A stretch of DNA of 44,554 nt from Spirochaetaceae bacterium (GTDB lineage Bacteria > Actinomycetota > Actinomycetes > JACCUZ01): the NCBI GenBank assembly GCA_026786145.1, contig JAJAYQ010000051.1, forward strand, positions 1 to 44,554, in the 5' to 3' direction. A program made the position numbers and the translations under genes. Below, in pieces: positions 24,586 through 34,253 of the stretch. The notes beneath the pieces were generated by a model. The model worked only from the letters and a program-made list of their open reading frames with translations, ran no database searches and was not told the origin of the DNA. The first letter of the stretch is position 1, and every line of letters begins with the position of its first letter.

Positions 24586-25569
24586 GTGGACGACGTACGC
24601 AACGTGATCGTGATCGGCTCAGGACCGGCCGGTTACACCGCAGCCATCTATGCCGCGCGCGCCGACCTCGCGCCGCTGGTCTTCGAGGGATCGGTGACCG
24701 CCGGTGGGGCGCTGATGAACACCACCGACGTCGAGAACTTCCCCGGCTTTCCCGACGGTGTCATGGGCCCCGACCTGATGGACCACCTGCGCAAGCAGGC
24801 CGAGCGGTTCGGCGCCGAGCTCGTCACCGACGACGTGACCGCGGTGGACCTCACCGGCGAGGTGAAGGTCGTCACCGACGGTGCGGGGGTCGAGCACCGC
24901 GCGTTCTCGGTCATCATCGCCACCGGCTCCGGCTATCGCGAGCTGGGCCTGCCCAAGGAGAAGAAGCTCTCCGGCCGCGGTGTCTCCTGGTGCGCGACCT
25001 GCGACGGCTTCTTCTTCCGCGACCAGGACATCGCCGTCGTCGGGGGAGGTGACACCGCGATGGAGGAGGCGACGTTCCTCACTCGCTTCGCGCGCTCGGT
25101 GACGATCGTGCACCGCCGCGGCTCGCTGCGGGCATCGAAGATCATGCAGGAGCGGGCGTTCACCAACGAGAAGATCCGCTTCCTCTGGAACACCGAGGTC
25201 ACCGACATCGAGGGCGAGGACAAGGTCGCCGGCCTGACGCTGCGCGACACCGTCACCGGTGTGGGGTCTCGGCTCGACGTGACCGGGCTGTTCGTCGCGA
25301 TCGGCCACGACCCCCGGAGTGAGCTGTTCGAGCACCAGGTCCGCCGCGACGACGAGGGATACGTCCTCGTCGACGCGCCGTCAACGCGCACCAACCTGGT
25401 CGGTGTCTTCGCCTGCGGCGACGTCGTCGACCACGTCTACCGGCAGGCCGTCACAGCAGCCGGCACCGGGTGCGCGGCCGCCTTGGACGCGGAGCGCTAC
25501 CTCGCCGGTCTCGAGGACGCCCTCATCACCGGCAACCCCGCCCAGGCCGTCCAGTCGAGCGTCGGCTGA
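24586..25569 (+). CDS. trxB: thioredoxin-disulfide reductase
   Basis: [20 protein letters not shown] (FAD GxGxxG), the redox CATCDG, the NADPH-site [15 protein letters not shown] and GVFACGDV are present. GTG 24586 was chosen (the track start 24553 is possible). Confidence 0.93.
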   Translation: MDDVRNVIVIGSGPAGYTAAIYAARADLAPLVFEGSVTAGGALMNTTDVENFPGFPDGVMGPDLMDHLRKQAERFGAELVTDDVTAVDLTGEVKVVTDGAGVEHRAFSVIIATGSGYRELGLPKEKKLSGRGVSWCATCDGFFFRDQDIAVVGGGDTAMEEATFLTRFARSVTIVHRRGSLRASKIMQERAFTNEKIRFLWNTEVTDIEGEDKVAGLTLRDTVTGVGSRLDVTGLFVAIGHDPRSELFEHQVRRDDEGYVLVDAPSTRTNLVGVFACGDVVDHVYRQAVTAAGTGCAAALDAERYLAGLEDALITGNPAQAVQSSVG

Positions 25570-25641
25570 GGGCCACCGACCATCCGTACCTGCACCACCA
25601 CCGAAATCCCCAGTCCCGCAGCAATGACGAAAGGAGCTCCC

Positions 25642-25965
25642 GTGGGAGCCACCAAGGCAGTGACCGACGACAGCTTCACCACCGATGTGCTCGAGAACGA
25701 GAAGGTCGTGCTCGTGGACTTCTGGGCCGAGTGGTGCGGGCCGTGCCGCCAGGTCGCGCCGATCCTCGAGGAGATCGCCGGCGAGCACGCCGAGAAGATC
25801 ACCGTCGTCAAGCTCAACGTGGACGAGAACCCGCGCACGGCGGCCGACTACGGCGTCACCTCGATCCCGACCATGAACGTCTACCAGGGCGGCCAGGTCG
25901 TGAAGACGATCGTCGGCGCCAAGCCCAAGGCGATGCTGCTCAAGGACCTCGAGGCCTACATCTAG
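25642..25965 (+). CDS. trxA: thioredoxin
   Basis: VLVDFWAEWCGPCR...KLNVDENP.....YGV.SIPT is the thioredoxin signature. GTG 25642 lies 5 nt after the AAAGGAG SD (107 aa). The track start ATG 25624 is the alternative. Confidence 0.93.
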   Translation: MGATKAVTDDSFTTDVLENEKVVLVDFWAEWCGPCRQVAPILEEIAGEHAEKITVVKLNVDENPRTAADYGVTSIPTMNVYQGGQVVKTIVGAKPKAMLLKDLEAYI

Positions 25966-26059
25966 GGACCGTGGGTACGCTCGACGCTACGTTTCCGGTG
26001 CACCCGGCGTACCCCCCGCGGATCCCGTGCCCGCGCCCGACCCCCCGAGGAGCGCCCGA

Positions 26060-27214
26060 ATGTCCTCCGAGCGCACCTTCCGTCGGGGCGACCAGGGTCC
26101 GGCCGTCGCCGAGATCCGGTCCAAGCTGGCTGTGCTCGGGCTGGTCCCGGACGAGGAGCGCCCCCAGGGGCCGCTTTCCGCGGTCTTCGACGACCTGACC
26201 GACCGCGCGGTCCGAGCCTTCCAGCAGGAGCGCGGCATCCGGGTCGACGGCATCGTCGGGCCCACGACCTACCACGCGCTGGACGAGGCGCGGTGGCGGC
26301 TGGGTGACCGCATCCTGTTCTACGTCCCGGCCCGCCTCATGGCCGGCGACGACGTCGCCGCGCTGCAGCAGCGCCTGCTCGACATGGGTTTCGACTGCGG
26401 GCGCGTCGACGGTCTCTTCGGGGTCGAGACCGAGCAGTCGCTGCGCGAGTTCCAGCGCAACGTCGGCGTCGTCGCGGACGGCACCTGCGGGCCGGCGACC
26501 TTCAAGGCCCTCAACCAGCTCACCCGCACGGTCGTCGGCGGAGCGCCCCACGCGATGCGCGAGAGCGAGGCCATCAACCGCGCCGGTCCCACCCTGGCCG
26601 GGAAGCTGGTCATCGTCGACCCGGGACACGGCGGCAGCGACCACGGCGTCGCGGGAGGACCGCTTCACGAGGACGACCTGATGTACGACCTGGCCTCGCG
26701 GGTCGAGGGCCGGCTCACCGCCACCGGGAGCTCCGCCTTCCTCACCCGCGGGCCGGACCGGCAGGAGGGGAGCGGACCCAGCGATGCCGACCGCGCCGGG
26801 TTCGCCAACGCGGCCGGTGCCGACCTGTTGATCTCGCTGCACGTCGAGGGCCATCCCAACCCGGCGGCGTCGGGCGCGACGACGTACTTCTACGGCAACG
26901 ACAGGTACGGGCACCACTCCGCGATGGGTCTGCGATTTGCGAGCCTCGTGCAGCGAGAGATCTGTGCCCGCACCGACCTCGTGGACTGCCGGAGCCACCC
27001 GATGAACTGGGACCTGCTGCGCCGGACCCGGATGCCGGCCGTGCGGATCGAGACGGGCTACCTGACCAACCCCGGCGACGCCGCCCGGCTGGGCGACCCG
27101 GCCTTCCGGGACGTGCTCGCGGAGGCCATCGTCGCCGCGGTGCAGCGGCTGTACCTGCCGCCGGACCAGGACGCCGAGACGGGCTTCCTGCGAATCCCGG
27201 AGCTGCGCGCCTGA
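26060..27214 (+). CDS. cwlM: CwlM-type N-acetylmuramoyl-L-alanine amidase homologue with two PG-binding repeats
   Basis: There are two PG_binding_1 repeats (GDQGPAVAEIRSKLAVLG... and GDDVAALQQRLLDMGF..G.VDG.FG..T..SLREFQR) and an Amidase_3 core (VIVDPGHGGSD.G........EDDL.YDLA, ADLLISLHV, PAVRIETGYLTNP). ATG 26060 follows GAGGAG. Confidence 0.85.
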   Translation: MSSERTFRRGDQGPAVAEIRSKLAVLGLVPDEERPQGPLSAVFDDLTDRAVRAFQQERGIRVDGIVGPTTYHALDEARWRLGDRILFYVPARLMAGDDVAALQQRLLDMGFDCGRVDGLFGVETEQSLREFQRNVGVVADGTCGPATFKALNQLTRTVVGGAPHAMRESEAINRAGPTLAGKLVIVDPGHGGSDHGVAGGPLHEDDLMYDLASRVEGRLTATGSSAFLTRGPDRQEGSGPSDADRAGFANAAGADLLISLHVEGHPNPAASGATTYFYGNDRYGHHSAMGLRFASLVQREICARTDLVDCRSHPMNWDLLRRTRMPAVRIETGYLTNPGDAARLGDPAFRDVLAEAIVAAVQRLYLPPDQDAETGFLRIPELRA

Positions 27215-27874
27215 TCAGACCGGTCGGAAGACCGGCTCGGGGCTCATCGACCCCAGCAGCCGTTCGAGCGCGACCTCGACGTCGGCCCGCCAGGAGACGG
27301 CGGTACGCAGGTCGAGGCGCAACCGAGGGAACCGGTGGTGCGGGCGGACGGTCTTGAACCCTACGGCGAGCAGGAAGTCGGCCGGCACGACGCACGACGG
27401 TGACCGGCCCGCCCGCCAACCCTCGTGCTCGTCCGGCGCGTCGGGCTCGATGCCGGTCCGGCCGAACGCCTCGAGCGCGCGGACGCCGCGGCACGTGAGG
27501 TCCTTCGCGACGGTCTGCACCAGCATCCGGGCCAGCCCTCCCTCGGCGAACTCCGGGAGCACCCGCGCCGTCATGAGCAGCACGGCGTCGCCCGACACCG
27601 GCGACGTCGGGAACGCCAGGCTGCGCGGCACATGGGCGGGCGGGGCGTACGTGAGGTAGCCGGCCGCCAGCGAGTCGACGTAGACGATCTTGCCGCAGGA
27701 GCCCCAGTCGAGCAGCGTCGCAGAGAGCCAGGCCTCCTTCTCCAGGTCGACGCCGCCTACCTCGGCCGCTGTCTGTCCTGCGACGGGGTCCAGCTCCCAG
27801 AAGACGCAGCGGCGGCAGCGCGGCGGGAGGTCACCGAGGTTGTCGAGGGTGAGGTTGACCACCCGACGCGACAT
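27215..27874 (-). CDS. conserved GNAT-like/acetyltransferase-fold protein (Mtb Rv3916c-like by synteny)
   Basis: The 219-aa ORF carries the Cys motif PPRCRRCVFWE near its N-terminus. It is conserved between cwlM and parB in actinobacteria. AAGGGAG SD. Confidence 0.65.
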   Translation of the reverse strand: MSRRVVNLTLDNLGDLPPRCRRCVFWELDPVAGQTAAEVGGVDLEKEAWLSATLLDWGSCGKIVYVDSLAAGYLTYAPPAHVPRSLAFPTSPVSGDAVLLMTARVLPEFAEGGLARMLVQTVAKDLTCRGVRALEAFGRTGIEPDAPDEHEGWRAGRSPSCVVPADFLLAVGFKTVRPHHRFPRLRLDLRTAVSWRADVEVALERLLGSMSPEPVFRPV

Positions 27875-27950
27875 CGGCGTCTCCCTTCGACATCAGCCCT
27901 CACGGTAACCGTTGCAGGCGGGCGAGGGCCAGAGCTAATTCCAACCGGGC

Positions 27951-27977
27951 ATGTCGACATCTCGACCTGTCGACATG
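27951..27977. promoter_or_regulatory. two TGTCGACAT palindromic sites 16 bp apart (TCGAC every 8 bp x3), candidate operator upstream of GNAT-like gene
   Basis: ATGTCGACAT at 27951-27960 is a perfect 10-bp palindrome and TGTCGACATG is at 27968-27977. The sites lie 77-103 bp upstream of ATG 27874. Confidence 0.35.
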
Positions 27978-28028
27978 TGCAGAAGACGACTCGTCGATGC
28001 CTTCCATGGCGTCGATGCCATCGCCGGG

Positions 28029-29024
28029 TCAGACCTCGGTGTCGGGAGCCATCAGCGCGACGATCCGCTCGAGGTCGTCGATCGACGCGAACTCCACGAC
28101 GATGCGGCCCTTGGACCGGCCCAGGTCGACCCGCACCCGCGTCTCGAACCGGTCGGCCAGCCGGTCGGCGAGGACGGCCAGCTTGGGGGCCACGGGCCGG
28201 CGAGCCCGCGGACCGGTGCCCGTCGCGGCCGCAGCAGGGTCGTCCCCGCCCAGGGCGACGATCTCCTCCACGCTGCGGACCGAGAGCCCCTCCGCGACGA
28301 TGCGCTGGGCCAACCGCTCCTGCGCCGACGCGTCCTCGAGACCGAGCACGGCCCGCGCGTGGCCCGCCGAGAGGACACCGGCCGCCACCCGCCGCTGCAC
28401 CGACGGCGGGAGCTTGAGCAGGCGCAAGGTGTTGGAGATCTGCGGACGCGAGCGTCCGAGCCGGCCGGCAAGTTGGTCGTGGGTGCAGCCGAAGTCCTGG
28501 AGGAGCTGGTCGTAGGCGGCCGCCTCCTCCAGCGGGTTGAGCTGGGAACGGTGCAGGTTCTCCAGCAGTGCGTCGCGCAGCAGGGCGTCGTCGCCGGTCT
28601 CCCGGACGATGGCGGGGATGGTCTGGAAGCCTGCTTCGCGGGCCGCGCGCCACCGGCGCTCCCCCATGATCAGCTCATACCGGTCCTGCCCCAGAGGCCG
28701 GACAACAACCGGTTGCAGCAGGCCCACCTCGCGCAGCGAGTGGACGAGCTCGCCGAGCGCCTCCTCGTCGAAGACGGTCCGGGGCTGGCGGGGGTTGGGG
28801 GTGATCGAGTCCAGGGGGACCTCGGCGAACCACGCGCCATCCACCGGGACGACGGTCGCCACGCTGTCCCCCGTGGCGGCCACCACGGCACCGGCCGGCT
28901 CCGCCGACCGCCCCGGGATGAGGACGTCGACGGGCGACGGGCCGCTCGGGATCTGGGACTTGCCGGGCCCCGCCGGGATCAGGGCCCCGAGCCCCCGCCC
29001 CAGCCCCCGCCGCTTGTCCGTCAC
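28029..29024 (-). CDS. parB: chromosome partitioning protein ParB
   Basis: The product starts [17 protein letters not shown] and has the ParB box ([29 protein letters not shown]) and an HTH ([20 protein letters not shown]). Its GTG start overlaps the parA stop (GTGA). Confidence 0.95.
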   Translation of the reverse strand: MTDKRRGLGRGLGALIPAGPGKSQIPSGPSPVDVLIPGRSAEPAGAVVAATGDSVATVVPVDGAWFAEVPLDSITPNPRQPRTVFDEEALGELVHSLREVGLLQPVVVRPLGQDRYELIMGERRWRAAREAGFQTIPAIVRETGDDALLRDALLENLHRSQLNPLEEAAAYDQLLQDFGCTHDQLAGRLGRSRPQISNTLRLLKLPPSVQRRVAAGVLSAGHARAVLGLEDASAQERLAQRIVAEGLSVRSVEEIVALGGDDPAAAATGTGPRARRPVAPKLAVLADRLADRFETRVRVDLGRSKGRIVVEFASIDDLERIVALMAPDTEV

Positions 29025-30259
29025 GCGGGGACCCCCGCCGTGTCGGGTCCGGCTCCGCGCAGCGCCATCTCCCGGGCGGCCTCGAGGTAGGACAGCGCCC
29101 CGGTCGAGCCCGGGTCGTAGGTCATCACGGTCTGACCGTAGCTGGGTGCCTCCGAGATGCGGACGGACCTGGGGATCGTGGTGCGCAGGACCGTTTCGCT
29201 GAAGTGCGCCCGGACCTCGTCCACGACCTGCGCGGCCAACCGCGTCCGTCCGTCGTACATCGTGAGGAGCACCGTCGAGACCTGCAGGTCAGGGTTGAGG
29301 TGAGCCCGCACCAGCTCGATGTTGCGCAGCAGCTGACCGACCCCCTCCAGCGCGTAGTACTCGCACTGGATCGGGATGAGGACCTCCGGCGCCGCCACGA
29401 GGGCGTTGACCGTCAGCAGTCCCAGGCTGGGCGGGCAGTCGATCAACACGTAGTCCAGGCGGACCGACCGGTGCGTCGCACACCACTCGTCGTACTCGGC
29501 CAGCGCCCTCTGTAGCCGTGACTCCCGGGCCACCAGGCTGACCAGCTCGATCTCCGCGCCGGCCAGGTCGATGGTGGCGGGCGCGCACCACAGGCCTTCG
29601 ATGCCCTCCACCGGTGCCACCACCTCGGCCAGCGGGCGGCCCTCCAACAGGACGTCGTAGACGGAGGGGACCTCCGAGTGGTGCTCGACACCGAGCGCGG
29701 TGGACGCATTGCCTTGCGGGTCCAGGTCGACGACGAGGACCTCGGCACCCTGCAGAGCGAGTGCCGCGGCCAGGTTGACGGTGGTCGTCGTCTTGCCGAC
29801 GCCCCCCTTCTGGTTGGCAACCGTCAGGACACGAGTGGCGCCCGGGCGCGGCAACGGGTCCCCCACCCGGCCCGCCAACACCCGCAGGGCCGTCTCGGCG
29901 GCGCGCGCGATAGGGGTGTCGTCGGGCTCCCCCGCGTTGCTTCCGCTGAGCTGCGCCGCGCCGTCGCTCACTGCGATCTCCTCCGCCGTCGAGGCACCAC
30001 CCAGGTGCCCCAGCTGTTCACCCACTGCCCAGGATGCGTTCTCTGTTTCACGTGAAACATCCGGCTCCACAGTCTCCGTGGCTCCATGGGCCACGAGGGA
30101 AGCGGTGGTTTCACGTGAAACAGTCGTACCACCCCTACCTCGTTCCGGCGCCGAAGTTCCGGGCCAGCCGAGACCGCCGCCAGCACCATGAGCGCCCCGA
30201 TCGGACGGCCAGCCGAGACCCCTGCTGAGGGAGGTGCCCACCGTTGCGGGAGACGTCAT
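29021..30259 (-). CDS. parA: chromosome partitioning ATPase ParA (Soj) with N-terminal extension
   Basis: The deviant Walker A is [22 protein letters not shown], with [12 protein letters not shown] downstream. ATG 30259 follows GAGG. Shorter GTG starts at 30094 or 30070 are possible. The extension contains two parS sites translated as VSRET, as in the mycobacterial ParA annotation. Confidence 0.88.
   Translation of the reverse strand: MTSPATVGTSLSRGLGWPSDRGAHGAGGGLGWPGTSAPERGRGGTTVSRETTASLVAHGATETVEPDVSRETENASWAVGEQLGHLGGASTAEEIAVSDGAAQLSGSNAGEPDDTPIARAAETALRVLAGRVGDPLPRPGATRVLTVANQKGGVGKTTTTVNLAAALALQGAEVLVVDLDPQGNASTALGVEHHSEVPSVYDVLLEGRPLAEVVAPVEGIEGLWCAPATIDLAGAEIELVSLVARESRLQRALAEYDEWCATHRSVRLDYVLIDCPPSLGLLTVNALVAAPEVLIPIQCEYYALEGVGQLLRNIELVRAHLNPDLQVSTVLLTMYDGRTRLAAQVVDEVRAHFSETVLRTTIPRSVRISEAPSYGQTVMTYDPGSTGALSYLEAAREMALRGAGPDTAGVPA
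30044..30059. other. parS centromere site TGTTTCACGTGAAACA (perfect consensus)
   Basis: Exact 16-bp palindrome. Confidence 0.9.
30107..30122. other. parS site GGTTTCACGTGAAACA
   Basis: 15/16 match to the consensus; the 14-bp core is perfect. Confidence 0.88.
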
Positions 30260-30380
30260 CTCGACCTCGATGACATACCCGGGAGATGGCGGGGGAGATA
30301 CCTGGGGCCAGACAGGCGATGTGTCGTTGCGACCATTGCGCCGAACCTCGCGATCGGGAGCAGGCGGCACGGGGGCGACC

Positions 30381-31094
30381 CTATGGGGCGGCGTGGTCGA
30401 CACGCCAGTCGATCTCGGACCGGACGATGCGGACCACCCGCACCGGGGGGTCCACCAGGCCCTGACCCAGAACCTCGACGCTCCAGAACTCGGCTCCCAG
30501 CCGGGGCAAGGCCGGCTCCGCGGCCGCCAGCTCGTCCTGAGCCCGGTCCCCCTTGAGGGCCAGCAGGACGCCTCCGGGGCGGAGCAGCGGCAGGCTCCAC
30601 CCGGCGAGGCGCTCGAGCGGGGCGACGGCCCGGGCGGTGACGACATCGACCAACAGCCTTCCGTGCAGGGCCTCGGCTCGGGCCCGCCGCACCTCGACGA
30701 CCCCGGACAGCCCGAGCCGTTGCACGACCTCGGTCAGAAAGGTGGCCCGACGCAGCAACGGCTCGACCAGGCAGATCGCGAGGTCGGGACGGCTGATGGC
30801 CAGCACGAGGCCCGGCAGTCCGGCGCCGCTGCCCACATCCACCACGGTCGACCCGATCGGGACCGCAGGACCGAGAGCGGCGCAGTTGAGAAGATGGCGT
30901 TCCCACATCCGACCGGACTCGCGGGGCCCGACCAGCCCGCGTTCGACGCCGTCGTTCCGGAGGATCTCCTCGTACTCAACCGCCAGCTCGTACCGCTCCC
31001 CGAACAGTTGGCGTCCCACTGTTTCACGTGAAACCAACGACTCCGAATACTTCGCCGGCACCAACGAATGGGGAGGATCCCCAGCGCCGATCAC
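30381..31094 (-). CDS. rsmG: 16S rRNA (guanine527-N7)-methyltransferase
   Basis: The SAM motif is VVDVGSGAGLPGLVLAI, with WERHLLN upstream. The GTG start lies 1 nt after the jag stop. Confidence 0.92.
   Translation of the reverse strand: MIGAGDPPHSLVPAKYSESLVSRETVGRQLFGERYELAVEYEEILRNDGVERGLVGPRESGRMWERHLLNCAALGPAVPIGSTVVDVGSGAGLPGLVLAISRPDLAICLVEPLLRRATFLTEVVQRLGLSGVVEVRRARAEALHGRLLVDVVTARAVAPLERLAGWSLPLLRPGGVLLALKGDRAQDELAAAEPALPRLGAEFWSVEVLGQGLVDPPVRVVRIVRSEIDWRVDHAAP
31020..31035. other. parS site TGTTTCACGTGAAACC inside rsmG 5' end
   Basis: 15/16 match to the consensus. It is translated as VSRET in RsmG. Confidence 0.88.
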
Positions 31095-31095
31095 G

Positions 31096-31761
31096 TCAGG
31101 CGGGCAGGACGACCACGGACCGATGGGGCTCTTCGCCCTCGGACTCGCTGCGCAGACCGGCCGCCGCGACCGCGTCGTGCACGATCTTGCGCTCGAACGG
31201 CGTCATGGCCGCCAGCCGGGCCTTCTCCCCCGACTCGCGGACCGTCTCGGCCGTGGTGCGCCCGAGCTCGCTCAGGACGGCGCGGCGGCCGGCGCGGTAG
31301 CCCCCGACGTCGAGCATCAGGCGGCTCCGATGGCCCGTTGCGGTCAGGACCGCCAGCCTGGTCAGCTCCTGCAGAGCCTCTAGGACCGACCCCTCCCGAC
31401 CGACCAGGTCGTCGAGGTCATCCCCGACAACGGACACCAGGGCGCGGTCGCGCTCCACGTCCATGTCGATGTCCCCGTCCAGGTCGGCGATGTCGAGCAG
31501 CTCCTCCAGGTAGTCCGCCGCGATCTCACCCTCGCGCTCGAGGTCCACCGAGGCACTGCCACTGCTCGCGCGGGCCGGCTCGTCGGGGGACCCAGCGGAG
31601 ACGGCGGGCTCGGACGACTCGCCCGGCTGAGCCGCATCTGTGGATGCCGCCGGGAGGGTGTCCGTGGCGACGCCGGACGGTGCGGCGTCGCCATCGATCG
31701 CGTCGGCCCGGTCGACCGTGTCGCCCGTGTCGTTGGGGGGCTCGGGCTGGTTCTGGGTCAT
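31096..31761 (-). CDS. jag: Jag/SpoIIIJ-associated RNA-binding protein (KH + R3H domains)
   Basis: The product has an acidic N-region, then EGEIAADYLEELLDIADLDG (Jag_N/KH) and a C-terminal R3H region PFERKIVHDAV....L.SES.GEEP.R.VV. ATG 31761 was chosen inside the 286-aa ORF. Confidence 0.85.
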   Translation of the reverse strand: MTQNQPEPPNDTGDTVDRADAIDGDAAPSGVATDTLPAASTDAAQPGESSEPAVSAGSPDEPARASSGSASVDLEREGEIAADYLEELLDIADLDGDIDMDVERDRALVSVVGDDLDDLVGREGSVLEALQELTRLAVLTATGHRSRLMLDVGGYRAGRRAVLSELGRTTAETVRESGEKARLAAMTPFERKIVHDAVAAAGLRSESEGEEPHRSVVVLPA

Positions 31762-31822
31762 CGTGGGTCCTTTGTCTCCGTCAGGCACTAGCGGGCATTT
31801 CCAGGGGCCGGGTCGTCGGGGC

Positions 31823-32821
31823 TCAGCGCTTCTTCTTCTTCTTCGGTTGCTGTCGCTGCCGGCCGGGCCGCGGACCGTCGTCAGGAGCGGGATCGGTAGC
31901 GAGAGCCGTACCGGTACCGGTGCCGGTGCCGGAGCCGGGAGCGGCCGTCGCCGCACCGGGCTCCCCCGGGGTGCCGTGTCGATCCTCCTTGGCGGCCTTG
32001 CGCCGTTCCAGCGCCTCGGCGGCCGGGGATCCGGGGGAGGGGTTGCGTCGGATGACGTAGAACTGCTGGCCCATCGACCAGATGTTGGTGGTCAGCCAGT
32101 ACAGAAGGACGCCGATGGGGAAGTTGACCCCGCTGACCGCGAAGATCAGCGGGAAGACGTAGAGCAAGATCTTCTGCTGCTGGGCGAAGGGGTTGTTCAG
32201 CGCCTCGGCAGACATGTTCTTGGTCATGAGCTGCTTCTGGGTGAGGAACGTCGTCGCCGACATCAGGACGATCATCACCGCGGTGACGACCTGGACCGTG
32301 ACGTTCTCGGCGCCGAGGAACTTCTCCGAGATGTTGGCCCCGAAGATCGACGCGTCCGCGGCCTGTTCTGCCAGGCCATCGGTCAGCGAGCCCTTGCCGT
32401 CCGGCGGGTTCTTCCCGATGCCGTTGAGGACCTGGAAGAGCGTGAAGAAGATGGGGGCCTGGAGCAGGATCGGCAGGCAGCTGGCCAACGGGTTGGTGCC
32501 GTTGTCCTTGTACAGCGCCATCATCTCTTTCTGCTGCTTCTGCCGGCTCTCCGGGTCGGTCTTGCCCTTGTACTTGGCCTGCAGCTTCTTGATCTCCGGC
32601 TGCAGGATCTGCAGTCCGCGCTGGGCGTTGATCTGCTTGACGAACAGGGGGATCAGCAGGATGCGGATCACGATGACCAACCCGACGATCGACCCGCCCC
32701 AGGCCAGGCCGCTGCCCGCGTTGACGCCAAGCGACTTGAACAAGGTATGGAACGCCACCATGATGAACGTCACCACGGCGTAGAGCGGTTCGAGCAGCTG
32801 GACCACTGCGGCGGTGTTCAC
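31823..32821 (-). CDS. yidC: membrane protein insertase YidC (short actinobacterial/Gram-positive type)
   Basis: [55 protein letters not shown] and LLYW.T.N.WSM.QQ are present, with a Lys-rich tail. The GTG start (codon 59 of the track ORF) overlaps the yidD stop (GTGA). Confidence 0.9.
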   Translation of the reverse strand: MNTAAVVQLLEPLYAVVTFIMVAFHTLFKSLGVNAGSGLAWGGSIVGLVIVIRILLIPLFVKQINAQRGLQILQPEIKKLQAKYKGKTDPESRQKQQKEMMALYKDNGTNPLASCLPILLQAPIFFTLFQVLNGIGKNPPDGKGSLTDGLAEQAADASIFGANISEKFLGAENVTVQVVTAVMIVLMSATTFLTQKQLMTKNMSAEALNNPFAQQQKILLYVFPLIFAVSGVNFPIGVLLYWLTTNIWSMGQQFYVIRRNPSPGSPAAEALERRKAAKEDRHGTPGEPGAATAAPGSGTGTGTGTALATDPAPDDGPRPGRQRQQPKKKKKR

Positions 32822-33120
32822 GTACCGGCTCCCTGGGGCGCACGTCGGTGGGGGGGCTGTGGTGTGCCGGCGGACGGCACCGGGTCGAGACCGCCCGCGT
32901 TCCACGGATGGCACCGGAGCAACCGACGGCCGGCCAGCCAGGTTCCCCGCAGCGGGCCGTGCGCGCGGATCGCCTCGAGGGCGTAGCTCGAGCACGACGG
33001 GTAGAAGCGGCAGCGCGGACCCAGTAGCGGGGACACCAGCAGCTGGTACGCCCGGATGGGCAGCGTGAGGGCGAGCACCAGGATGCCCCCCATGACGCTA
33101 GCGACCCGCGCCCGGTTCAC
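32818..33120 (-). CDS. yidD: membrane protein insertion efficiency factor YidD
   Basis: [29 protein letters not shown]...G.WL...R.LRCHPW..GG.DPVP is the YidD signature. GTG 33120 overlaps the rnpA stop (the ATG 33093 alternative is possible). Confidence 0.88.
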   Translation of the reverse strand: MNRARVASVMGGILVLALTLPIRAYQLLVSPLLGPRCRFYPSCSSYALEAIRAHGPLRGTWLAGRRLLRCHPWNAGGLDPVPSAGTPQPPHRRAPQGAGT

Positions 33121-33512
33121 CGAACCGCCGTCGGCCGCGTCGGGGGCCGGGTCTTCGGCGGGACCTCGAGGGCGCGAGCGAGGGCGACGTCGAGCTGGGA
33201 GAAGGTGGCCGTGGCGCTCGCGGGCAGTGCCCGGACGACGACCCGGACACCGGCGGGGAGCCCGCCCAGCCGACCTGCCGCGAGGTGGCGCAGCCTTCGG
33301 CGGACACGATTGCGGGTCACCGCCGGCCCGACCGCGCGGGACACGACGAAGCCGACCTGCGGGTGCCGGGACGCTGCGGGCTCGCTCGGATCCGCAGGAT
33401 CGGCGGCAGCCACGTGGACGACGAGGAGGCCACCGGCCCGCACACCTCGGGATCGGCGCAGTGTCGAGGTGAAGTCCGCGCGACGGCGCAGCCTGGAGCC
33501 GGCCGGGAGCAC
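33117..33512 (-). CDS. rnpA: ribonuclease P protein component
   Basis: [21 protein letters not shown]......VVH is the canonical RnpA N-terminus, and [21 protein letters not shown] is also present. The gene starts 5 nt after rpmH. Confidence 0.9.
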   Translation of the reverse strand: MLPAGSRLRRRADFTSTLRRSRGVRAGGLLVVHVAAADPADPSEPAASRHPQVGFVVSRAVGPAVTRNRVRRRLRHLAAGRLGGLPAGVRVVVRALPASATATFSQLDVALARALEVPPKTRPPTRPTAVR

Positions 33513-33517
33513 GTCGG

Positions 33518-33655
33518 TCAGGCCGACAGCTTGGAGCGCCCCTTGGAGCGCCGGGCCGCGAGGATGGCACGACCCGCTCGGGTGCGCATGCGCAGGCGGA
33601 AGCCGTGGGTCTTGGCCCGCCGGCGGTTGTTGGGCTGGAACGTGCGCTTGCTCAC
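33518..33655 (-). CDS. rpmH: 50S ribosomal protein L34 (not in ORF track, 45 aa)
   Basis: Manual translation gives [45 protein letters not shown]-stop. A GGGAG SD lies upstream of the GTG. Confidence 0.95.
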   Translation of the reverse strand: MSKRTFQPNNRRRAKTHGFRLRMRTRAGRAILAARRSKGRSKLSA

Positions 33656-33990
33656 TCGTGGGCTCCCGGACCTGAAGGCATCGGTGGTGCGGATCTGTCG
33701 GCATCTGGTGAAACTGGTGGATCTCGCACGAGCGACGGGCGCGGGCTCCCGGAACGGAGGTGGATGCGGGATGCGGGGACGCCGCAGCAGCCATCGTCGT
33801 CGAGACCGGGCAACGGTACGGTCGGCCCCTGCCCCCGGTCAAACGAGGCCGCCGGGCACCGCTTCAGCCGAAATCGGCGGTGGGGTCGACGAAAGCGCGC
33901 ATCGTCGCAGGTCAGAGGACATCGGCCGGCTCGACACGCCGCGCCGCGACGAACCCGTCGTCCCAACGGGAGAGAAAATTCCCGGCGGGT

Positions 33991-33999
33991 TGTGGACAA
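33991..33999 (-). promoter_or_regulatory. perfect DnaA box (TTGTCCACA on minus strand) in rpmH-dnaA intergenic region
   Basis: The + strand reads tgtggacaa within ggttgtggacaacc. Confidence 0.7.
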
Positions 34000-34174
34000 C
34001 CGCTTGCTGCCGCTCCGCCACGTTGTTAGCGTCTCGCCGGTCGCACAGCCTCACCACCCTCGCTCGACTTCCCCCGTAGCGCCGGCCGTGCGCCAGACCG
34101 GACCCGCTCTCCCCGGACGCACTCTTCGCGGTCCGGGGGCACCGGACACAACGGGGCAACCTATGTACACAGGC

Positions 34175-34195
34175 TGTGGACGACCATGTGGACGG
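34175..34195 (-). promoter_or_regulatory. two adjacent DnaA-box-like sites upstream of dnaA start
   Basis: tgtggacga at 34175-34183 has reverse complement TCGTCCACA (8/9). tgtggacgg at 34187-34195 has reverse complement CCGTCCACA (7/9). Confidence 0.55.
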
Positions 34196-34253
34196 CACAC
34201 CACGGGACGTGTCCGGTCATCTCGCGCAGGCCGAACACGAGAGGGATGACCGG

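Noticed and set aside
27951-29090. 379-aa plus-strand ORF across the parB region.
   Set aside because: It is antisense to a canonical ParB, and its start lies on the palindromic operator-like sites. No motifs were found.
33760-34029. 89-aa plus-strand ORF with GGAGG just upstream, in the rpmH-dnaA intergenic region.
   Set aside because: The SD-to-ATG spacing is only 3 nt. Third-codon-position GC is visibly lower than in real genes here. The product is basic and low in complexity, and the ORF runs across a perfect DnaA box. It is more likely non-coding promoter DNA.
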